From UHGV virus genome UHGV-1599518: a DNA stretch of 19,234 nucleotides; one strand, 5' to 3'. Every line of letters starts with the position of its first letter. Positions within the stretch are counted from its first letter, which is position 1. The notes under the pieces are model-generated. The model was given only the letters and a program-made list of their open reading frames with translations, did not search any database and had not been told where the DNA came from. Of the stretch, positions 15,796 to 19,234 are shown in pieces. The position numbers and the translations under genes were made by a program. Origin of the DNA: a virus.

Positions 15796-15864
15796 GCGCT
15801 TAAAAAAGTGTTGCTAGGATGTTAGCAAGCTATATGGTTAAGAACGTCTGCCGTAATTGTCTAT

Positions 15865-15942
15865 CACAGCGTTGAGCGGTCTGGTTTATGTTAGCGGAGT
15901 CTTAATCGAGTTGATTAAAAGGCCAAACCGCTCAACGCTGTG
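15865..15942. other. long stem-loop element (20-bp stem, one mismatch, 38-nt loop) 2 nt beyond the tRNA-Ser 3' end
   Basis: 5' arm CACAGCGTTGAGCGGTCTGG (15865..15884) pairs with CCAAACCGCTCAACGCTGTG (15923..15942). Strand of any RNA product not determined; the tRNA operon is minus. Confidence 0.4.
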
Positions 15943-15944
15943 TC

Positions 15945-16031
15945 TGGCGGAGAGTAATGGAATCGAACCATCATCGTTTGCACAATGGGACGGTTTTCAA
16001 GACCGCTTGAGCACCATGCTCCCTACTCTCC
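15945..16031 (-). tRNA. tRNA-Ser (anticodon UGA), class II with long variable arm
   Basis: Minus-strand sequence GGAGAGT...ACTCTCC-G-CCA: 7-bp acceptor stem, anticodon stem GCGGT/ACCGT with loop CTTGAAA, 17-nt variable arm, T-arm GATGG-TTCGATT-CCATT, encoded CCA. Manual fold, no tRNAscan run. Confidence 0.85.
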
Positions 16032-16131
16032 AGCTATTGTGATGGTCGGTACTGAACTCCGACACAGGGTTGTAGCAAGCCCCGCAAAGCGCGCACTACT
16101 GTAGTTGCGGCACATCAGCCTGTGCATTCAT

Positions 16132-16216
16132 CACAACGGTAAGATCACTACCTTTCGACCAGTCATTGTGCACATGAACGACGATTAACCGTAATGATAT
16201 TATCGTTGTGTTGTGA
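16132..16216. other. long imperfect inverted-repeat element A (paralogue of element B)
   Basis: 5' arm CACAACGGTAAGATCACTAC versus 3' arm GTAATGATATTATCGTTGTG (3 mismatches/wobbles). Shares the 5' 14-mer TCACAACGGTAAGA with element B. Confidence 0.3.
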
Positions 16217-16261
16217 AGCCAGATGCTTATCTTCTGGTTGCTTCAAAGAGCTGCACTTCCT

Positions 16262-16350
16262 CACAACGGTAAGAGCACTGGTCTGACTCTATCGATTTAC
16301 GGCCTTGTGGGTCAGTATCGCCGATTCGCCCAATGCTCTTACCTGTTGTG
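16262..16350. other. long inverted-repeat element B, abutting the tRNA-Thr 3' end
   Basis: 5' arm CACAACGGTAAGAGCA pairs with 3' arm TGCTCTTACCTGTTGTG (16 bp with one bulged A), enclosing ~56 nt. Ends 1 nt from the tRNA-Thr 3' end. Confidence 0.35.
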
Positions 16351-16351
16351 T

Positions 16352-16427
16352 TGGTGCCGGTTAACGGACTTGAACCGCTGGCCATTCGCTTACAAAGCGA
16401 CTGCTCTACCAACTGAGCTAAACCGGC
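16352..16427 (-). tRNA. tRNA-Thr (anticodon UGU)
   Basis: Minus-strand GCCGGTTTAGCTCAGTTGGTAGAGCAGTCGCTTTGTAAGCGAATGGCCAGCGGTTCAAGTCCGTTAACCGGCACCA: canonical 76-nt cloverleaf, anticodon loop TTTGTAA, T-loop TTCAAGT, encoded CCA. Anticodon stem has one G-A mismatch (27-43). Confidence 0.85.
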
Positions 16428-16431
16428 AATT

Positions 16432-16518
16432 TGGTGGGGAGTGATGGAGTCGAACCACCCGAGTCGCCATGACAGTAGATTTACAGTCTACACCGCTACC
16501 TCTACGGACTAACTCCCC
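16432..16518 (-). tRNA. tRNA-Tyr (anticodon GUA), class II with long variable arm
   Basis: Minus-strand GGGGAGT...ACTCCCC-A-CCA: anticodon arm GTAGA-CTGTAAA-TCTAC, T-arm GGTGG-TTCGACT-CCATC, long variable arm. Separated from tRNA-Thr by 4 nt. Confidence 0.85.
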
Positions 16519-16523
16519 TAAAT

Positions 16524-16561
16524 GGGGTTTGAGGGCCAATGGAACGAAAACGTACGCTAAG
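16524..16561. repeat. 38-bp terminal inverted repeat of a Tn3-family transposon (Tn1000/gamma-delta-like)
   Basis: GGGGTTTGAGGGCCAATGGAACGAAAACGTACGCTAAG has the GGGG outer end and TGGAACGAAAAC core typical of Tn3-family IRs (from memory). The tnpA stop codon lies inside it. Confidence 0.85.
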
Positions 16562-19234
16562 AAGTTAATTCATTGTTTAAATTGAAATTTAGTTCTCTCA
16601 GTTCCCCCTTCAAAATATCCTCCGGTAGCGTAAACGTATAATGCCCCAGCATATTGATATGCCCGTGCATCAGTGGGGACAACCGGGCGATATCTTCAAC
16701 CCCGATTTCTTCTCCATTACTGCGTATCCAGCTCAGGGCTTCCTGCATATAAAGTGTGTTCCACAGTACCACTGCGTTAGTGACCAGGCCCAGTGCCCCC
16801 AGCTGATCTTCCTGACCTTCACGATAGCGCTTTCTGATCTCACCGCGCTGCCCGTAGCAGATCGCCCTCGCCACAGCATGGCGGCCTTCCCCCCGGTTTA
16901 GCTGCGTCAGGATCCGCCGACGATAATCCTCATCATCAATATAATTAAGAAGGTACAGCGTCTTGTTGACGCGCCCCACTTCCATGATCGCCTGTGCCAG
17001 CCCTGATGGGCGCGAGCTTTTCAGCAAAGAGCGAATGAGTTCTGAAGCATGAATGGTGCCCAGTTTCAGCGAACCGGCGGTTCGCATCATCTCATCCCAC
17101 TGATCCTCGGCTTTCGACAGATCGGCACAACCACGTGCCAGTTCGTCCAGTGCACCGTAATTTGCCGATTTATCCACTCGCCAGAATACCGCTTCACCGG
17201 CATCGGCAAGCCGGGGGGAAAACTGGTATCCCAGCAGCCAGAAGAGGCCAAAAATAATGTCGCTGGTACCGGCTGTGTCTGTCATGATCTCAACCGGATT
17301 CAGCCCTGTCTGCTGCTCCAGAAGGCCTTCCAGCACAAAAATGGAATCTCGTAATGTGCCGGGGACAACGATGCCGTGGAATCCAGAGTACTGATCAGAG
17401 ACGAAGTTGTACCAGGTGATGCCACGTCCGGAACCAAAATATTTTCTGTTAGGTCCTGAATTGACGGTTTTCACCGGCGTGACAAAGCGCATGCCATCAG
17501 CTGAAGCCACTTCGCCACCACCCCAGCGGCCAGCAAGCTCCAGTGTGGACTGAAAATCAACCAGGCGGGCATTGGCGCTGACCAGCGTTTCTGCCCGGAG
17601 GTAATTCTGTTTTACCCAGCTAAGCCGGTGGCGCGTCAGCGCCGGTATATTGTGCTTTATCAGCGGTTCCAGCCCGATATTGCAGGCCTCTGCCATCAGG
17701 ACCGCGCACAGGCTGATGTGCAGATCCTGTGCCCGGGCCCCGGATTCACTGACATGCGTAAACTCACGTGTAAATCCCGTTCTGGCATCTATTTCAAGCA
17801 ACAGTTCCGTCAAATCTACTGGCGGGAGTAGCAGCCTTACCCGACTGTTGAGACGATGCAACGATGGTGGCTCCTCCAGTTTCTCCAGGCTGCTGATAGT
17901 CAGGGAAGGATGTTTACCGTCATGGCAAATATGAACCTCCGCATTTCCTTCAAAGCGGGATGCGACGGTTTTCCAGGTTTCATCTAGCTGGACCGCCAAC
18001 TGTTGCACGCCTTTATGTCCATCAGTGGGATGTCCCAGCGCCCGGCAAACGGGGACCCGCTGAGCCTGCCATTCTTCCCCCTGCAACAGCTTCTCGCGGG
18101 GATTTCCCCAGCGATCGCTGTTTTCGAGCCAGATGTCCCTTCGACGTAGTGCATCCTGAAGGCGCTCCAGCAGACAAAGCGAGTAACCGGCACGCTGTAT
18201 CCGGCCCTCCGCATCGTATACCAGGCGTTTCCAGGGGCCGGTAATAATATGTTCAGGCGCATTGTCCAGGATGCGCTTTTTCGAGCCGTTCAGTTCGGTC
18301 AGATAATGAATGGCGGACAACGTATGTTCTCCGGCTGGCGCTGCCTGGAAATGCAGGTCGCGCAATACCGCCGGAAGAAAGCGCTTTACCCGCCCGTACT
18401 GCTCCACCATTTCGTCATGGAAATTGTTGTTCTGAGGCCGGGCCAGCTCATTTACCTTGCTGACGGATTCTGCCAGCCTGCTTTTCGGTATGCTGTTGAA
18501 TATGGTCTCCCTCAGTTCAGCATCGTCAGCCTGTTCATCCAGCAACAATGAACATGCCCGCGCCAATATTAGCGCAGCACGATCAAGATCTTTAAGCGTC
18601 CTGAGCCGTTTTTTCTGCCCCGTTTTCTTCGCCGCACGAGTGATATCCAGTATCAGCATATCGAGCACATCAACGGCCTCATCCAGCGCCGCAGTCTCCT
18701 GCGCTTTAACGAATGCTGTGAGTACGGCCAGTTTTCTCTGCTGTGGCATTCGCGCGATATATTTTACCGACGCCATGCCTGCGTAACGGGCCAAATTACG
18801 CAGTTGTATAGCAGGCAGACCGGTAAAATTCAGTCGGGAAAATTCCAGGTTTCGCAGCCGGATATATCGCTCCAGCGCTTCGGTAAATGCCGGGCCGCTG
18901 ACGGTGACCGGTCCCTTTTTCAGTTGCTCCAGCGGTGAAGTACGCTGCCCCTCAGGAATGTCCAGAAGCTCCGTCACGCGGGCGGTCTGCCAGCTGTCCG
19001 GCAACGCGGCCAGTTTCTTCCACAGCCGCTGATTTGCCCGTTCGCGTATTTCACTGACGAGACGTACAAGTGTGGTTGCTCCGGGCAGCAGGACCTTATT
19101 CTGAAGCAGCCACGCGGTGGCAAAATCAAACATAAGGCCGGGTCGCTCATTACTGAGCCATGCGCGGGTGTACAGCAGGCGCTTCAGGCGGAAAGACCAG
19201 GGGAAATCGCCAAATTCATGGTAACCGTAATATT
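16557..19234 (-). CDS. tnpA: Tn3-family transposase TnpA (C-terminal ~890 aa; N-terminus beyond the right window edge)
   Basis: ORF-track 858-aa ORF 16557..19133, and the frame stays open upstream to the window edge (…YHEFGDFPWSFRLKRLLYTRAWLSNERPGL before the track's Met). Blocks such as GGGEVASADGMRFVTPV, GITWYNFVSDQYSGFHGIVVPGTLRDSIFVLEGLLEQ and LYLLNYIDDEDYRRRILTQLNRGE are characteristic of Tn3-family TnpA. Confidence 0.95.
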   Translation of the reverse strand, partial: YYGYHEFGDFPWSFRLKRLLYTRAWLSNERPGLMFDFATAWLLQNKVLLPGATTLVRLVSEIRERANQRLWKKLAALPDSWQTARVTELLDIPEGQRTSPLEQLKKGPVTVSGPAFTEALERYIRLRNLEFSRLNFTGLPAIQLRNLARYAGMASVKYIARMPQQRKLAVLTAFVKAQETAALDEAVDVLDMLILDITRAAKKTGQKKRLRTLKDLDRAALILARACSLLLDEQADDAELRETIFNSIPKSRLAESVSKVNELARPQNNNFHDEMVEQYGRVKRFLPAVLRDLHFQAAPAGEHTLSAIHYLTELNGSKKRILDNAPEHIITGPWKRLVYDAEGRIQRAGYSLCLLERLQDALRRRDIWLENSDRWGNPREKLLQGEEWQAQRVPVCRALGHPTDGHKGVQQLAVQLDETWKTVASRFEGNAEVHICHDGKHPSLTISSLEKLEEPPSLHRLNSRVRLLLPPVDLTELLLEIDARTGFTREFTHVSESGARAQDLHISLCAVLMAEACNIGLEPLIKHNIPALTRHRLSWVKQNYLRAETLVSANARLVDFQSTLELAGRWGGGEVASADGMRFVTPVKTVNSGPNRKYFGSGRGITWYNFVSDQYSGFHGIVVPGTLRDSIFVLEGLLEQQTGLNPVEIMTDTAGTSDIIFGLFWLLGYQFSPRLADAGEAVFWRVDKSANYGALDELARGCADLSKAEDQWDEMMRTAGSLKLGTIHASELIRSLLKSSRPSGLAQAIMEVGRVNKTLYLLNYIDDEDYRRRILTQLNRGEGRHAVARAICYGQRGEIRKRYREGQEDQLGALGLVTNAVVLWNTLYMQEALSWIRSNGEEIGVEDIARLSPLMHGHINMLGHYTFTLPEDILKGELRELNFNLNNELTS

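Larger units (their letters stand above)
16524..19234. mobile_element. left end of a Tn3-family transposon (IR + tnpA), continuing beyond the window
   Basis: 38-bp IR with outer GGGG at 16524, immediately followed by the 3' end of tnpA. Only one end is in the window. Confidence 0.85.

Noticed and set aside
4831-16347. Short words GGTAAGG / CTTACCTGTT recurring at 4831, 12527, 12586 and 16335
   Set aside because: Matches of 9-11 nt are expected many times by chance in 19 kb on two strands; only the 14-bp palindrome at 12697..12710 is retained, as a candidate operator, because of its position.
16131-16350. CRISPR array
   Set aside because: Only two related copies with long internal inverted repeats and no regular repeat-spacer periodicity; not CRISPR-like. 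No cas genes in the window.
16032-16351. Additional tRNA genes between tRNA-Ser and tRNA-Thr
   Set aside because: No canonical T-loop (TTCRA, or its complement on plus) and no 7-bp acceptor/CCA arrangement could be found by eye; the region instead holds long inverted repeats. Needs tRNAscan/Infernal to be certain.
15857-16444. ORF-track ORFs 15857..16042 (+), 16223..16444 (+) and 16227..16412 (-)
   Set aside because: They overlap the tRNA genes and stem-loop elements and have no RBS or coding-like composition; treated as chance ORFs in structured RNA sequence.
16641-18786. Plus-strand ORFs inside tnpA (16641..16901, 17049..17354, 17650..17934, 18249..18551, 18457..18786 and others)
   Set aside because: Shadow ORFs antisense to the transposase gene.

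Overview
About 19.2 kb of a mobile-element-like region, densely coded on both strands. The left ~12 kb, almost all on the minus strand, is a T4-like DNA replication/recombination module: a RecA/UvsX-like recombinase (partial, with an apparent intein start in its P-loop), a small coupled ORF, a 5'-3' exonuclease/flap endonuclease, a gp32-like ssDNA-binding protein, a possible UvsY-like mediator, a DnaE-type polymerase whose C-terminus looks like a family-4 uracil-DNA-glycosylase fold, and a CobS-like AAA+ ATPase / CobT-like vWA pair. Plus-strand cargo in this half is a small-protein + HTH two-gene module and a cspA-family cold-shock gene with its long 5' UTR. The right part is accessory: an XRE-type regulator, a tyrosine integrase, a glutaredoxin, an AT-rich plus-strand gene encoding a HEPN-motif protein, a compact tRNA cluster (Ser-UGA, Thr-UGU, Tyr-GUA) interleaved with long stem-loop elements, and the left end (38-bp IR + tnpA) of a Tn3-family transposon inserted 5 bp upstream of tRNA-Tyr. 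The gene set resembles large enterobacterial phage or phage-plasmid genomes; that is inference from reading the translations, with no database search. Best candidates for undescribed biology: the HEPN-like gene beside the tRNA cluster, the stem-loop elements abutting tRNA 3' ends, the DnaE/UDG-like fusion, the candidate intein, and the small-protein/HTH pair. All homology statements rest on motifs recalled from memory.
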